Part shown: piece by piece, positions 10,150 to 20,221 of the stretch
How positions within the stretch are numbered: the first letter of the stretch is position 1
Layout of the letters: each line of letters starts with the position of its first letter
Source: Pedobacter sp.
GTDB lineage: Bacteria; Desulfobacterota; Desulfuromonadia; Desulfuromonadales; Syntrophotaleaceae
Length of the DNA: 64,000 bases
Direction: 5' to 3'
NCBI GenBank assembly: GCA_050253415.1
Contig: JBFWJC010000002.1
Span: 544,725 to 608,724 of the forward strand
The notes under the pieces: model-generated
What the model was told of the DNA's origin: nothing
Database searches by the model: none
The model's input: the letters and a program-made list of their open reading frames with translations, nothing else
Made by a program: the position numbers and the translations under genes

Positions 10150-10555
10150 GCAGGTTCCTCTTGAGGAAGGCGTGAGGCAGAAAGTCCCGTAACGGGCCGG
10201 CCAGAATCAGGTCGGTATCGCATACGGCCATGATGTGGAGTTCCGGTGCGAACTCCGCCAACATCTGCAAACAGGCACCGCAAGGCGGGGTTGGGTTTTG
10301 GGTCGGGGTGAACACGACCAAAGCTGCAAAATGGCGATAGCCCTCGGATACCGCTTTTACCAGCGCCACCCGCTCGGCGCACAAGCTCAGTCCGTACGAT
10401 GCGTTTTCGACGTTGCAGCCGGTGATAATAGTGCCGTCACCGGCCAGCAGTGCGGCTCCGACGGCAAAACCACTGTAGGGGCTATAGCTATTTGCCAGCA
10501 CCTTTCGGGCGGCTTGCTCAAGACGTTGAGTTTGTTCAATGGGACTCTGCGGCAT
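10142..10555 (-). CDS. cdd: Cytidine deaminase
   Basis: YSPYSGF, GCNVENASYGLSLCAER and PCGAC zinc motifs. Confidence 0.95.
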   Translation of the reverse strand: MPQSPIEQTQRLEQAARKVLANSYSPYSGFAVGAALLAGDGTIITGCNVENASYGLSLCAERVALVKAVSEGYRHFAALVVFTPTQNPTPPCGACLQMLAEFAPELHIMAVCDTDLILAGPLRDFLPHAFLKRNLHV

Positions 10556-10628
10556 GACGTCCTTATCTTTTGGGAAAAGCAGGGTTGTGAATAGCTTGTG
10601 GAAAAGCCTCTTTGCCTGGGGATAAGTG

Positions 10629-12155
10629 TCAACGACACCGCCAGCGAAACCAGGCCTTTAACAGTTTTTTCAGCAGGGGTGTCAATCGAGTGCGTTGGTA
10701 ACTGTCGGCCAGTTTACGCAGGATTTCAGCCTGAGTCGGATAAGGGTGAATGGTTTTGCCAATGGCCCCCAACCCCAGCTCTGCGGAGATGGCCAGCGCC
10801 ATCTCACCGATCATCTCTCCGGCGTGCGCAGCGACGATGGTCGCACCGAGGATCTTGTCGCTGCCTTTTTTCAGGTGGACCCGTGCGAACCCCTCCGTTT
10901 CACCGTCGATCAGTGCCCGATCGACTTCTGCGAGCGGGACGGTCAAGGTGTTGACGGCGTGGCCTTGCTGTCTGGCTTCTTCCTCGTAGAGCCCCACATG
11001 GGCTACTTCGGGGGAGGTATAGGTGACCCAGGGGATGATCATGTTGCGGGTCGTCTGTCTACCGTGAAACAGCGCATTGGCGAGCAGAATGCGGGCCATG
11101 GCATCGGCCGTATGGGTAAACTTGTAGGGGGAGCAGATATCCCCGGCGGCATAAATGCGGCGGTTGCTGGTGCGCAGACGTTCGTCGACCCGGATGCCGG
11201 TTTTGGCGTCGAATGCAACCCCTGCCTGGTCCAGTCCCAGGTCGTCGACGTTGGGAGCGCGGCCGATGGCTACCAGAATCTCGTCGACCACCACATTAAG
11301 GGGACCTTCAGGAAGGTCGGCCTGAATGATTTTATCGTGATCCTGTCGGCTGATTTGCTTGGTGCGGCATTCAAAATGAATAGTGATTCCTTCACCCTTC
11401 ATAGTGTGTTCCACAATGGCGGCCGCCTCACGATCTTCGCGGGGCAGCACGCCGCTGCCGTATTCGAGTACCGTAACCTGGCTACCGAGTCGGGCGAAGG
11501 TCTGGGCCAGTTCGCAGCCGATGGGGCCGGCACCGATAATGGCAAGTCGCGGCGGCAGTTTTTGTAGATCGAAGACCGTTTCGTTGGTCAGATAGCCGGT
11601 TTCTTTCAGGCCCGGGATCGGGGGGGCGGAGGCTCGGGCGCCGGTGCAGATGGCAGCCTTGCGAAACCGCAGAGATTTACCGCCGACCGTCAAGGTGTCG
11701 GGAGAGGTGAAGCGGCCTTCACCAAAAAAGACATCCACACCCAACTCGTGTTGGAAGCGGGTGGCGCTATCATGCTGGCTGATGGTGGCCCGCACCGTTT
11801 TCATATGCGCCATGGCGGCGCTAAAGTCGGCATGGATCTTTTCTGTACCCAAGGCTCCGAACCGGTGTGCGTTGCGGGCCTCGGCCACAGCCCTTCCGCA
11901 GCGGATCAGACCCTTGGAAGGGACACAGCCAAAGTTCAGGCAGTCTCCTCCCATGCTGTGTCGCTCGATCAATGCGACCCGGGCACCGAGCCCCGCGGCT
12001 CCAGCAGCTGTCACCAGACCTGCGGAGCCGGCTCCGATCACCACCAGGTTATAGCGGGCTGCCGGGTCGGGATTTGTCCAGCTGTCAGGCCGGACGTTAT
12101 CTGCGAGAATCTGGTCGGAGGCGTTGTTCGATGTTTTTTTATGGGCGTTGAACAT
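10629..12155 (-). CDS. Pyridine nucleotide-disulfide oxidoreductase (MerA/Lpd-like, no metal-binding extras)
   Basis: GAGSAG FAD motif, GGDCLNFGCVPSK redox disulfide, HPYPTQAE C-terminal motif. Confidence 0.85.
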   Translation of the reverse strand: MFNAHKKTSNNASDQILADNVRPDSWTNPDPAARYNLVVIGAGSAGLVTAAGAAGLGARVALIERHSMGGDCLNFGCVPSKGLIRCGRAVAEARNAHRFGALGTEKIHADFSAAMAHMKTVRATISQHDSATRFQHELGVDVFFGEGRFTSPDTLTVGGKSLRFRKAAICTGARASAPPIPGLKETGYLTNETVFDLQKLPPRLAIIGAGPIGCELAQTFARLGSQVTVLEYGSGVLPREDREAAAIVEHTMKGEGITIHFECRTKQISRQDHDKIIQADLPEGPLNVVVDEILVAIGRAPNVDDLGLDQAGVAFDAKTGIRVDERLRTSNRRIYAAGDICSPYKFTHTADAMARILLANALFHGRQTTRNMIIPWVTYTSPEVAHVGLYEEEARQQGHAVNTLTVPLAEVDRALIDGETEGFARVHLKKGSDKILGATIVAAHAGEMIGEMALAISAELGLGAIGKTIHPYPTQAEILRKLADSYQRTRLTPLLKKLLKAWFRWRCR

Positions 12156-12284
12156 GCTTCCCCCTTGATTGCAAATAAGCGGTTGTCATGAAAATGCATG
12201 TTCTGAAAGTATACTGAACGAGGAACCAGATACAACGCCAGTGCAAGGATAGGTCCCGATCGGGAGGGTTTTTATCCGGGGATA

Positions 12285-12788
12285 TCAGCGTTTTTTACGA
12301 CGGAAAAGATCTGTTTTCAGACTCGATACCCGGTCCAGGAAAAGCAATCCGTCAAGGTGGTCAATTTCATGCTGCAGGGCGATGGCTTCAAACCCGCTGG
12401 CGCGAATGACCCGCTTGCTGCCGTCGCGGTCGAGGAATTGAACCACCACGCTTTCACTGCGCGTTACATTGCCCGTGTAATCGGGGACGCTCATACAACC
12501 CTCGCGGGAGGCCGTACAGCCCTCTTGTTCAATAATCAAAGGATTGACCATGACCAGCAGGCCGTGGTTGTTGTCACGTCCGAGTTTGCTGTGGGAAACA
12601 TCGACCACCACCACCCGGCGCGTGACGCCGATCTGGGGAGCTGCGACGCCCACCGAGTGGCCGGCTTCCACCATGGTGTCGATGAGATCCTGAATCAGGC
12701 TGTCGACTTCAGCATCGAGCTGTTCGACCGGAGTACAGACTTCCTTGAGTAAGGGATGCGGATAGAGAAGAATGTCCTTGGCAGCCAT
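12285..12788 (-). CDS. def: Peptide deformylase
   Basis: VGVAAPQIG, EGCMSVP and QHEIDHLDG motifs. Confidence 0.95.
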   Translation of the reverse strand: MAAKDILLYPHPLLKEVCTPVEQLDAEVDSLIQDLIDTMVEAGHSVGVAAPQIGVTRRVVVVDVSHSKLGRDNNHGLLVMVNPLIIEQEGCTASREGCMSVPDYTGNVTRSESVVVQFLDRDGSKRVIRASGFEAIALQHEIDHLDGLLFLDRVSSLKTDLFRRKKR

Positions 12789-12792
12789 GGCG

Positions 12793-13332
12793 TCAGAGTT
12801 CTACGGGGGTTATGGTGCGAACGGAAATGTCGACCTGCAGCTCTTTTTTCAGTCGACCAAGCACCGCAGAGAGTTCCTCGATGTCAAGGCCGGCGGGCAG
12901 AACCGCCTCAATCATCATGACGTACACCGGGTTTTGCGCCGATCCCACAAGTTTGGTGTTGAGGTCAGTAATGTTGATCTGCCGATCCCCCAGTTCTTTG
13001 ACGACGGGATAGACGATCCCCGGCTTGTCCGAACCGTAGACGGAAATCATGCAGATTTCACCGTCGATCTTTTCAGCGGTTTCTCCGCCGGGTTGCAGTT
13101 TGCGTAAAAACACCGATAGCCCATCCGCTTCAAGGGGAGCGAAGGCCGAATCAAATTCCGCCTGATCGTGCATGTCTGGATTGGACAGGATCAGGATCAT
13201 GGCGAATTGTCCGCCCAGGATGGTGCAGCTTGAGTCGGCAATGTTGCAACCGAGGCGATAGAGAATTTCCGTAACCTTGGCGACGATACCGGGGTGGTCC
13301 CGGCCGATGATGGTCAGGGCGAAATGGCTCAT
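12793..13332 (-). CDS. GcvR-like tandem ACT-domain protein
   Basis: Two ACT repeats: GRDHPGIVA and GSDKPGIVY. Confidence 0.88.
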   Translation of the reverse strand: MSHFALTIIGRDHPGIVAKVTEILYRLGCNIADSSCTILGGQFAMILILSNPDMHDQAEFDSAFAPLEADGLSVFLRKLQPGGETAEKIDGEICMISVYGSDKPGIVYPVVKELGDRQINITDLNTKLVGSAQNPVYVMMIEAVLPAGLDIEELSAVLGRLKKELQVDISVRTITPVEL

Positions 13333-13437
13333 GATGATTGTCCTCCGATCCGACGGTAAATGCCGGAATTAGCTTGTCCAACTGTAGAATTTTATCTAGC
13401 ATGGCTGTATCAAAATTGCCAGTGCTTTCCCGGAAAG

Positions 13438-13767
13438 ATGCCTATGCCAATGAATAAGCACGACCTGGATATTTCCTTTTTTAAGGCCAGCGGCCCTGGC
13501 GGCCAGCATCGGAACAAAACCGAAACGGCTGTTCGCATCCATCACCGCCCTAGCGGCATAACTGTCACCGCCACCGAACAGCGTTCACGTCAGGCCAACA
13601 TCGAGAAGGCTCTTGAGCGACTGACGGCGCGTCTGGCAGCCTTGCACTACAAGCCTCCCCGGCGAATACCTACCAAGCCTGGCAAGGCGGCCAAGGAGCG
13701 CCGTCTGTCCGGCAAACGACTGCTTTCCGAACGCAAGCGACAACGCCGGTCCGTGGATGGCGATTGA
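13438..13767 (+). CDS. ArfB-like peptidyl-tRNA hydrolase (ribosome rescue, RF-1 family)
   Basis: SGPGGQHRNKTETAVR GGQ motif and basic tail RIPTKP...KERRL...K. Confidence 0.85.
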   Translation: MPMPMNKHDLDISFFKASGPGGQHRNKTETAVRIHHRPSGITVTATEQRSRQANIEKALERLTARLAALHYKPPRRIPTKPGKAAKERRLSGKRLLSERKRQRRSVDGD

Positions 13768-13788
13768 TGCTGTGACTGCTGATTTGCC

Positions 13789-14619
13789 TCAGCTGGATTG
13801 TACCAGGGGGCTTGCACCGGGGACAAAGGGGTTGGTGCGCACCGCCAGGGAATAGAGAAACGGGTAATGGGTCAGCAGGTGCTGGGTGTAATGGAGCCAC
13901 TGGCTTGTCGCCAGCTGGTAAGCCCGGCGCACGTCGCCGGCAAGATGTTCCAGGTCACTCTCGGGAAGATGGGATAAGCTTTGTCTGTGTTGCAGCTCTT
14001 CCTTGAGGTGCAGGGTGGCGATGAGCAGGTCGGTAAAGGACTCATGTTCCAGCAGATAGGGACTCTCCAGCAGTCGTACCAGCATGGGGCCCTGGGCATT
14101 GAGCAAGGCGCGCAGGGCCGGCAGGTCGAGTTGTTCATGCCGGATTTCGAAACCATGTGCTGACACGGCTTTGTTTGCACGGTTGAAGTCAGGCGCTGTC
14201 CAGCTTCCATCGATGCCCAGGCTCTTCTGCAACAAACTCCCCTGCCGGTCAGCCCGGGCGCAATGGCCTAACAGTTCGGAGCCCGTTTCACTGAAAAACA
14301 GGCCTACGATCATCTGCAGTTTCTGTTGCCGGGTCTGATGCTCCCTGCGATTGAGAAATACTTCCGTGCCGGCGGCCAGGGTGCTGACGAAGGTTCCCAC
14401 CCCGGTGACGATAAGCACTACCGCCAGTACCTTGCCGAAAGGGGTGATCGGGGAGATATCCCCGTAGCCGACGGTGGCTATGGTCACGATGGTAAAGTAG
14501 ATGGCATCGATGGCCGACAGGTTCTCGGCAAACATGAATCCGATGGTTCCGACAATCAGTACGGCACAGAATATGGCCAGGTAGATGCGAAGGCGCAATC
14601 GTTCCTTGGCAGCATGCAT
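13789..14619 (-). CDS. Two-TM potassium channel family protein
   Basis: TIATVGYGD selectivity filter between two TM helices; helical C-terminal domain with no obvious RCK motif. Confidence 0.85.
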   Translation of the reverse strand: MHAAKERLRLRIYLAIFCAVLIVGTIGFMFAENLSAIDAIYFTIVTIATVGYGDISPITPFGKVLAVVLIVTGVGTFVSTLAAGTEVFLNRREHQTRQQKLQMIVGLFFSETGSELLGHCARADRQGSLLQKSLGIDGSWTAPDFNRANKAVSAHGFEIRHEQLDLPALRALLNAQGPMLVRLLESPYLLEHESFTDLLIATLHLKEELQHRQSLSHLPESDLEHLAGDVRRAYQLATSQWLHYTQHLLTHYPFLYSLAVRTNPFVPGASPLVQSS

Positions 14620-14655
14620 GGTTTATCTCTCCTTGAACTTCTCTTCGACAAATAA

Positions 14656-15486
14656 TCAATAAAACAGCAACAGACCCATTACCGTCCCCAAAAAAAACAC
14701 GCCGGTGCTGCGTTGCCAACCGGCAACCGGAGCTGAGTCGCCGATTGCGTGGGGATAAAGCAGGGCGATCAAGGGGGCGGCCGCCAGCCCGAGGCTCAGC
14801 CACCGAATCATGGACGACCCGGGAATAATCAGGACCGGGATCAACAGGGTAGCGGTTGACAAGGCCAAAATCCATACAAAAATAAGCTTTTGCAGACGGG
14901 CAGGGGGAAGCCGGTGCAGTTCCGGGAAGATCCCTGCTTGGCATAAATCATGGCGACGTCGCAGCAGGATCTGCCAGCTGTGGGGGATCTGCCAGAGCAG
15001 CAGCAGGGTGGTAAGGGTGACCAGTCGGGGATCTTGCAGCCGTCCTCCAGCCGCAAGCCAACCGATGGTCGGGGGCAGGGCCCCACACAAGGCGCCGGGC
15101 AATAAAGCCAGTATGGTACGGCGTTTCATGGGGGTGTACAGGAAGTGATAAAGCAGGAAAATACTCAGGGTCAGCACGCCGCTGCGCCAGCTCAATCCGG
15201 TCAGCATTAATGTGCCGGTGGCGGCCAGACCAAGCCCCAAACCCAAGCCGGCTGAGGGGCGTAACTGTCCGGAGGCCAGGGGTCTGTACCGGGTTCTTTC
15301 CATCAGTGCATCGCTGTAGCGCTCCTGCCATTGATTCAGGACCGTGGCGCCGGTTGCTGCCAGCAACACGCCCAGACCAAGCCATGCGGCCCGCAGGTCG
15401 TAATTTCCCCCCGCTGCCATGTAGCCGACCAGCCCCGAACCGGCCACCGCGCTGCACAGCGGCAGGCGCAGCAGGCTGCGGATCAC
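14656..15486 (-). CDS. cyoE: Protoheme IX farnesyltransferase (heme O synthase)
   Basis: NQWQERYSDALMERTRYRPL, YTPMKR, GALPP and WQIPH motifs; within the cox operon. Confidence 0.88.
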   Translation of the reverse strand: MIRSLLRLPLCSAVAGSGLVGYMAAGGNYDLRAAWLGLGVLLAATGATVLNQWQERYSDALMERTRYRPLASGQLRPSAGLGLGLGLAATGTLMLTGLSWRSGVLTLSIFLLYHFLYTPMKRRTILALLPGALCGALPPTIGWLAAGGRLQDPRLVTLTTLLLLWQIPHSWQILLRRRHDLCQAGIFPELHRLPPARLQKLIFVWILALSTATLLIPVLIIPGSSMIRWLSLGLAAAPLIALLYPHAIGDSAPVAGWQRSTGVFFLGTVMGLLLFY

Positions 15487-16439
15487 GGCTGCGACTCCAT
15501 GGCTGCGGGTGTTCCGGGAAGGGCATCCTTATGAGGTTGCAGCAGATAATCGATGAGTGCCTGCAGATCCTGCTCACTGATCTTATCCGCATAAGACGGC
15601 ATCACGGCAGCGTATCCCTGTACCACCTGGCTGGTCGGTTCGAGGATGCTGCTTTTGACGTAATCCCGGCCGATGGTCAGGGAGGTATCCGGAGGGGTGG
15701 CAAAGACCCGGCTTGCGCCCTCGGTCAGATGCGCAAAACTTGGTCCGACCCGGGCGCTGCCGTCCAGGGAATGGCACGCCAGACAACCGTACTGGTCAAG
15801 CAGTTGCCTGCCCTTGACGGGGCCGGCGGCAGGTTGGGCATTTTGCAGCCATGCTTCGAAATCGGCGGCGGGTAGAACCTCCACGGTGGTAATCATGCTG
15901 GCATGGGCGAGCCCGCAGTACTCGGTGCAGAACAGATCGAAGGTGCCGGTTTCCGGAGTCTGAAACCAGACGTGGGTAGTCATGCCCGGCACGGCATCTT
16001 TTTTAATCCGAAAGGCCGGGATGTAAAGACTGTGCAGCACGTCCTCGGAGACAATGTCGATGCGGATAGCACGTTTTGCCGGTACCACCAGTTTGGGGCT
16101 GGTGCGCCCCCCGGGATAGACGAAACTCCAGGACCACTGGCGAGCGACCGCCTGTACGGGCAAGGCATCCGGCGGCACGTTGGCCAGAGACAGATAACCC
16201 TTCCAGCCGTACCAGAACATGGTCAGCACGATAAGGGTGGGGATCAGGGTCCAGGTGATCTCCAGCCACAGGCAGGAGCTCGGGATCTCTTTGGGCTGTG
16301 GCTGGCGACTGCGGTGAAAACGGATGGCGAATGCCACCATGACACCGGTTATAAGGACCAGCATCGCCAGGCTGATGCCGAAAATATACAGAAAAACCTT
16401 ATCCACCGCCTCGGCGGTATCAAGCCACGTTGGGGTCAC
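15483..16439 (-). CDS. coxB: Cytochrome c oxidase subunit II fused to cytochrome c
   Basis: CuA motif DVLHS...CTEYCGLAHASM and a C-terminal CLACH heme c site. Confidence 0.95.
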   Translation of the reverse strand: MTPTWLDTAEAVDKVFLYIFGISLAMLVLITGVMVAFAIRFHRSRQPQPKEIPSSCLWLEITWTLIPTLIVLTMFWYGWKGYLSLANVPPDALPVQAVARQWSWSFVYPGGRTSPKLVVPAKRAIRIDIVSEDVLHSLYIPAFRIKKDAVPGMTTHVWFQTPETGTFDLFCTEYCGLAHASMITTVEVLPAADFEAWLQNAQPAAGPVKGRQLLDQYGCLACHSLDGSARVGPSFAHLTEGASRVFATPPDTSLTIGRDYVKSSILEPTSQVVQGYAAVMPSYADKISEQDLQALIDYLLQPHKDALPGTPAAMESQP

Positions 16440-16448
16440 GAAAGCCTC

Positions 16449-16733
16449 TCAGCGATAAAGGGTATCGAAAAACGTCAGGCCGATGAAGGTCGCCAGGGTC
16501 GCGAGGGCAACCAGCAGCGAAATCCGGATCATGCGTCCTTCATTTTTTAAGTGCATGAAAAAGAAGATGACCAGTGCCGCTTTGCTCGTCGCGATGCCCA
16601 GGGCCGCCCAGATGTTGAACGCACCCAGATGAATTCGAGAGATGCCGACGGTGGCGGCCGTCAGGCACAGCAGCAGTACCCATATCGCGGTTAACTGACG
16701 CATGGCGCCGGTATGTTGGGTGTCGTTGTGCAC
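16449..16733 (-). CDS. coxD: Cytochrome c oxidase subunit IV
   Basis: Three TM helices with KAALVIFFFMHLK. Confidence 0.9.
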   Translation of the reverse strand: MHNDTQHTGAMRQLTAIWVLLLCLTAATVGISRIHLGAFNIWAALGIATSKAALVIFFFMHLKNEGRMIRISLLVALATLATFIGLTFFDTLYR

Positions 16734-16744
16734 TGTGAGCCCTC

Positions 16745-17350
16745 CTACAGCAGCAGGTAGTACAAGGGAAAGATGAAAATCCAGATCACATCCACCAGAT
16801 GCCAGTAAAGGGCGCCGTTTTCGAGAACAGTCGGCAATTCGGCGGTAATGCGTCCCTGACGAACCAGGGCCAGTACCCAGGTCAGGATCACCCCCCCGAT
16901 GAATACGTGCAGACCGTGCAGGCCGGTGGTCAGATAGTAAAGGCCGAAAAACAGCTCATGGCCGACCGGAGCCTGGCGCAATGTGGGAGACCCCGGATAA
17001 AGACCATGCTGGAACTTGGCGTGCCATTCCAGCCCCTTGTTGATCAGGAACAGCAGGGCCGCCAGCACGGTGAAACTCAGCAGGGACTGACAAAGGCGCA
17101 GACGGTTACGGCGCAGCGCTTCCAGGGCAAGGGCCACGGTCAGGCTGCTGGTCAGTAGCAGGACGGTATTGCCGGTGCCGAAGTACAGGTTCAATTCCCT
17201 GCCGCCGTCGGCGAATTCAGCGGGGTAGCGTTGCAGGTACACGGCAAAGATCACGAACAGGCCGCCGAATAGCAGCAATTCCGAAAACAGGAACAGCCAC
17301 ATGCCCAATCGCGAACTTTCCGCATCTTGATGCTGGGTCGATGGTTTCAT
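16745..17350 (-). CDS. coxC: Cytochrome c oxidase subunit III
   Basis: GMWLFLFSE, TGLHGLHV and YWHLVDVIW motifs. Confidence 0.95.
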   Translation of the reverse strand: MKPSTQHQDAESSRLGMWLFLFSELLLFGGLFVIFAVYLQRYPAEFADGGRELNLYFGTGNTVLLLTSSLTVALALEALRRNRLRLCQSLLSFTVLAALLFLINKGLEWHAKFQHGLYPGSPTLRQAPVGHELFFGLYYLTTGLHGLHVFIGGVILTWVLALVRQGRITAELPTVLENGALYWHLVDVIWIFIFPLYYLLL

Positions 17351-18978
17351 GGCGTCCCCGCGTGTTTGAAGTCGTAAGGATCGTGGGAGACCTGGGGCAG
17401 TTCCTCAAAATTTTCGGTTGGCGGCGGCGATGCTATCGTCCATTCCAGGGTGGCTGCTTCCCAGGGATTGGCTCCGACGAGCTGCCCGCGTCGCAACGCG
17501 ATCAGCAAGTTCACCGCCATCAACGCCAGTCCCAGCGCCAGAACCCACGAGCCGTAAGTGGCAAGATGGTTGAGGGAGGTAAATTGCGGCAGATAGTCGT
17601 AATAGCGGCGCGGCATGCCTCGCAGCCCCACCAGCATCATGGAAAAATAGAGCAGGTTGAAACCGATGATCATGATACCCCAAGCCAGGGTGGCACGCCG
17701 GTTGTTGTACATGCGGCCGAAAATTTTCGGAAACCAGTAATGCAGGGCGCCAAAGAAGGCGAAGCCCGTACCGCCGAACATGACGTAATGAAAATGTGCC
17801 ACCACGAAATGGGTGTCATGAACGTGCACGTCGGTGGCGGCCGAACCCAGCACCAGGCCGGACAGGCCGCCGATGGAAAAAAGAACCACGAACGTCAGGA
17901 CGAAAAGCATCGGCGCTTCAAGGCGGATCGATCCGCCGTACAGGGTCGCCACCCAGTTGAACACCTTGACCGCCGAGGGGATGGCGACAATGAAGGTCAG
18001 CAACGAAAACACCAGGATGGCCATGTCGCTCATGCCGCTGACGAACATATGATGCCCCCACACCAGGGACCCGGCCGCCGCGATACCGATGCTCGATGCA
18101 GCAATGGCTTTGTAGCCGAAGATCGGTCTGCGTGCAAACACCGGGATGATCTCCGAGACCACGCCCATCGCCGGTAGCGCCATGATGTAGACGGCCGGAT
18201 GCGAATAAATCCAGAACAAGTGCTGGTACATGATGGGATCGCCGCCACGGGCGGCGTCGAACAAACCCAGTCCCAGTATGCGCTCTGCAAGGATCAGTAC
18301 CAGGGTGATGCCGAGGATCGGCGTGGCCAGTACCTGTACCCAGGCCGTGGCGTACAGGGACCAGATAAACAGCGTCAGGCGTGACCAGGTCATGCCGGGG
18401 GCCCGCATTCGATGCACAGTGGTAATGAAGTTAAGGCCGGTGAGGATAGAAGAGAAGCCGAGGATGAAGACCGCAAACACCGCCAGCGATACGTTGGTGG
18501 TGGTCTCGCCGGAAAAAGGCAGGTAAAAGGTCCAGCCGGTGTCAGGCGGACCTCCGCCACCGAATAGGGAGGACAGCGCCATCAGCGCGCCGATGAGGTA
18601 GAGCCACCACGAAAACAGGTTGAGGCGCGGAAAGGCGACATCCCGTGCCCCAATCTGCAGAGGCAGCATGATGTTGCCGAAGGCAGCCGGGATCCCCGGG
18701 ATGATGAACAAAAAGATCATCACCACTCCGTGCAGAGTGAACAGGGCATTGTAGGTTTCCGGGCCGATAATGGTGCGACCCGGAGCGAGCAACTCCAGGC
18801 GTATCAGCAGACCGAGGGCGACGCCAACGGCGAAAAAGGCGGAGATGCAGTACAGGTAGAGAAGGCCGATGCGTTTATGATCGGTGGAAAATATCCAGTC
18901 GAACAAGGCCGGTTGGTCGCCCGAAGGCTCGAGGAAGCCGCGTCTGAAATACTCTCCCATTCGAATGACCTTTCCCAT
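17347..18978 (-). CDS. coxA: Cytochrome c oxidase subunit I (type A2)
   Basis: DHKRIG, HGVVMIF, WIYSHPAVYI (A2 YS motif), WGHHMF, VAHFHY, GMPRRY. Confidence 0.97.
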   Translation of the reverse strand: MGKVIRMGEYFRRGFLEPSGDQPALFDWIFSTDHKRIGLLYLYCISAFFAVGVALGLLIRLELLAPGRTIIGPETYNALFTLHGVVMIFLFIIPGIPAAFGNIMLPLQIGARDVAFPRLNLFSWWLYLIGALMALSSLFGGGGPPDTGWTFYLPFSGETTTNVSLAVFAVFILGFSSILTGLNFITTVHRMRAPGMTWSRLTLFIWSLYATAWVQVLATPILGITLVLILAERILGLGLFDAARGGDPIMYQHLFWIYSHPAVYIMALPAMGVVSEIIPVFARRPIFGYKAIAASSIGIAAAGSLVWGHHMFVSGMSDMAILVFSLLTFIVAIPSAVKVFNWVATLYGGSIRLEAPMLFVLTFVVLFSIGGLSGLVLGSAATDVHVHDTHFVVAHFHYVMFGGTGFAFFGALHYWFPKIFGRMYNNRRATLAWGIMIIGFNLLYFSMMLVGLRGMPRRYYDYLPQFTSLNHLATYGSWVLALGLALMAVNLLIALRRGQLVGANPWEAATLEWTIASPPPTENFEELPQVSHDPYDFKHAGTP

Positions 18979-18987
18979 GAAGATTCC

Positions 18988-19833
18988 TCAGGTTTTTGGT
19001 TTTTTACGGCTGGACAAAACCAGGTACAGCGCAAACCCGCTTGCTGTGAGCAGTACGGCCACCGCACTGACACGCAACAGGTTGAAGACATAGCGGCGGC
19101 CAGCGGGATCGTAACTGAAACAGAACTGTACCACTTTACGTATGGTTCCGCCAAGCCGTCCTTCAGCCGCCTCGGTGAATGCCAGGGTGACGTCGAGAGG
19201 CAACATGCGGGTGCCGTGCAGATAGCGTACGATGCGACCGTCCGGAGTCACCACGAAGACCGCCACCGGATGCAGGAAGTCATTATCCCGCCGGGCGAAA
19301 CGATAGCCGGCGGTATCCAGCAGGCGGCGGATATTGACTTCATCTCCGGTGAGAAAACGCCAGCCGTCGTCCGGAAAAGGGGCGTTCATGGCGGTGCGAT
19401 AAGTCTGACGGGCTTTTGCTGCTTCGGCGGGGCCGTCGCGGTCGTCAAAGCTGATGGACAATACCCTGTAATCTTTTCCGGGTGTCAGGCGAATTTGGGG
19501 AAGAACCCGGGCCAGGTCGCCCTGTAGAAAACTGCAGACATTGGGGCAGCTGAAATAGACCGGTGCAATCAGGGTCGGTACAGTGATCAACTCTGAAAGT
19601 TTCACCTGTCGGCCCTGTTCGTCCCGGAAGGTTGTATCCAGGGGGATCACGTTTCCGAGGTGCTCGTCGAGGCCGACCTCCGGAGTCGTCATCATCGGCA
19701 TACGGTGCTCGTGCTGCATGTGATCGGTTGTTGAGAAAGCCGGAGTGTTTGCAAAGATCAAGCAAAGCGCTGGTAGCAGGCTGCTCAAAAGTATATAGGG
19801 GAAGTGAGTGTTCCGTGCGCGGGATGTCTTCAT
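18988..19833 (-). CDS. SCO-family CuA assembly protein
   Basis: YFSCPNVC (CxxxC) and FLHP motifs; first gene of the cox operon; start approximate. Confidence 0.88.
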   Translation of the reverse strand: MKTSRARNTHFPYILLSSLLPALCLIFANTPAFSTTDHMQHEHRMPMMTTPEVGLDEHLGNVIPLDTTFRDEQGRQVKLSELITVPTLIAPVYFSCPNVCSFLQGDLARVLPQIRLTPGKDYRVLSISFDDRDGPAEAAKARQTYRTAMNAPFPDDGWRFLTGDEVNIRRLLDTAGYRFARRDNDFLHPVAVFVVTPDGRIVRYLHGTRMLPLDVTLAFTEAAEGRLGGTIRKVVQFCFSYDPAGRRYVFNLLRVSAVAVLLTASGFALYLVLSSRKKPKT

Positions 19834-20005
19834 GAAATATCTTCCTGTCGGCAAGTTGCCGCTGGATCGGTGGACATGAAAGGGAACCGCTAAGGTTGAT
19901 ATGGGATCATTAATTTCATCAACATTATACGGAACTCGCACATGAATGCAATGCCCTGATATCAGGCGTATTGCGTCGTTGTTGGGGTTCTGCTAGCATA
20001 CTCGC

Positions 20006-20221
20006 ATGAATGAGACCGAATCACACCGCCTTGCGGAATTGGAAGAGCGCGTTATGGAGCTGGAAATACGCTTCACGCATCAGGCCCGGCAGCTCGAAGA
20101 ATTGAACGAGGTGCTTACGGAAAGTGCCGATTTTATCGCTGTCCTGCGCCAGGAGAACAGCGCCTTTCGGCAGATATTGAAAGGCCTTTCCCCCGAAATG
20201 TTGGAGTCGCCCGATGAGTAA
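20006..20221 (+). CDS. slyX: SlyX-family coiled-coil protein
   Basis: LEERVMELEIRFTHQARQLEELNEVL pattern. Confidence 0.75.
   Translation: MNETESHRLAELEERVMELEIRFTHQARQLEELNEVLTESADFIAVLRQENSAFRQILKGLSPEMLESPDE

Noticed and set aside
10629..12155. Mercuric reductase / mer resistance locus
   Set aside because: No N-terminal HMA domain, no C-terminal Cys-Cys pair, and no merR/T/P nearby.
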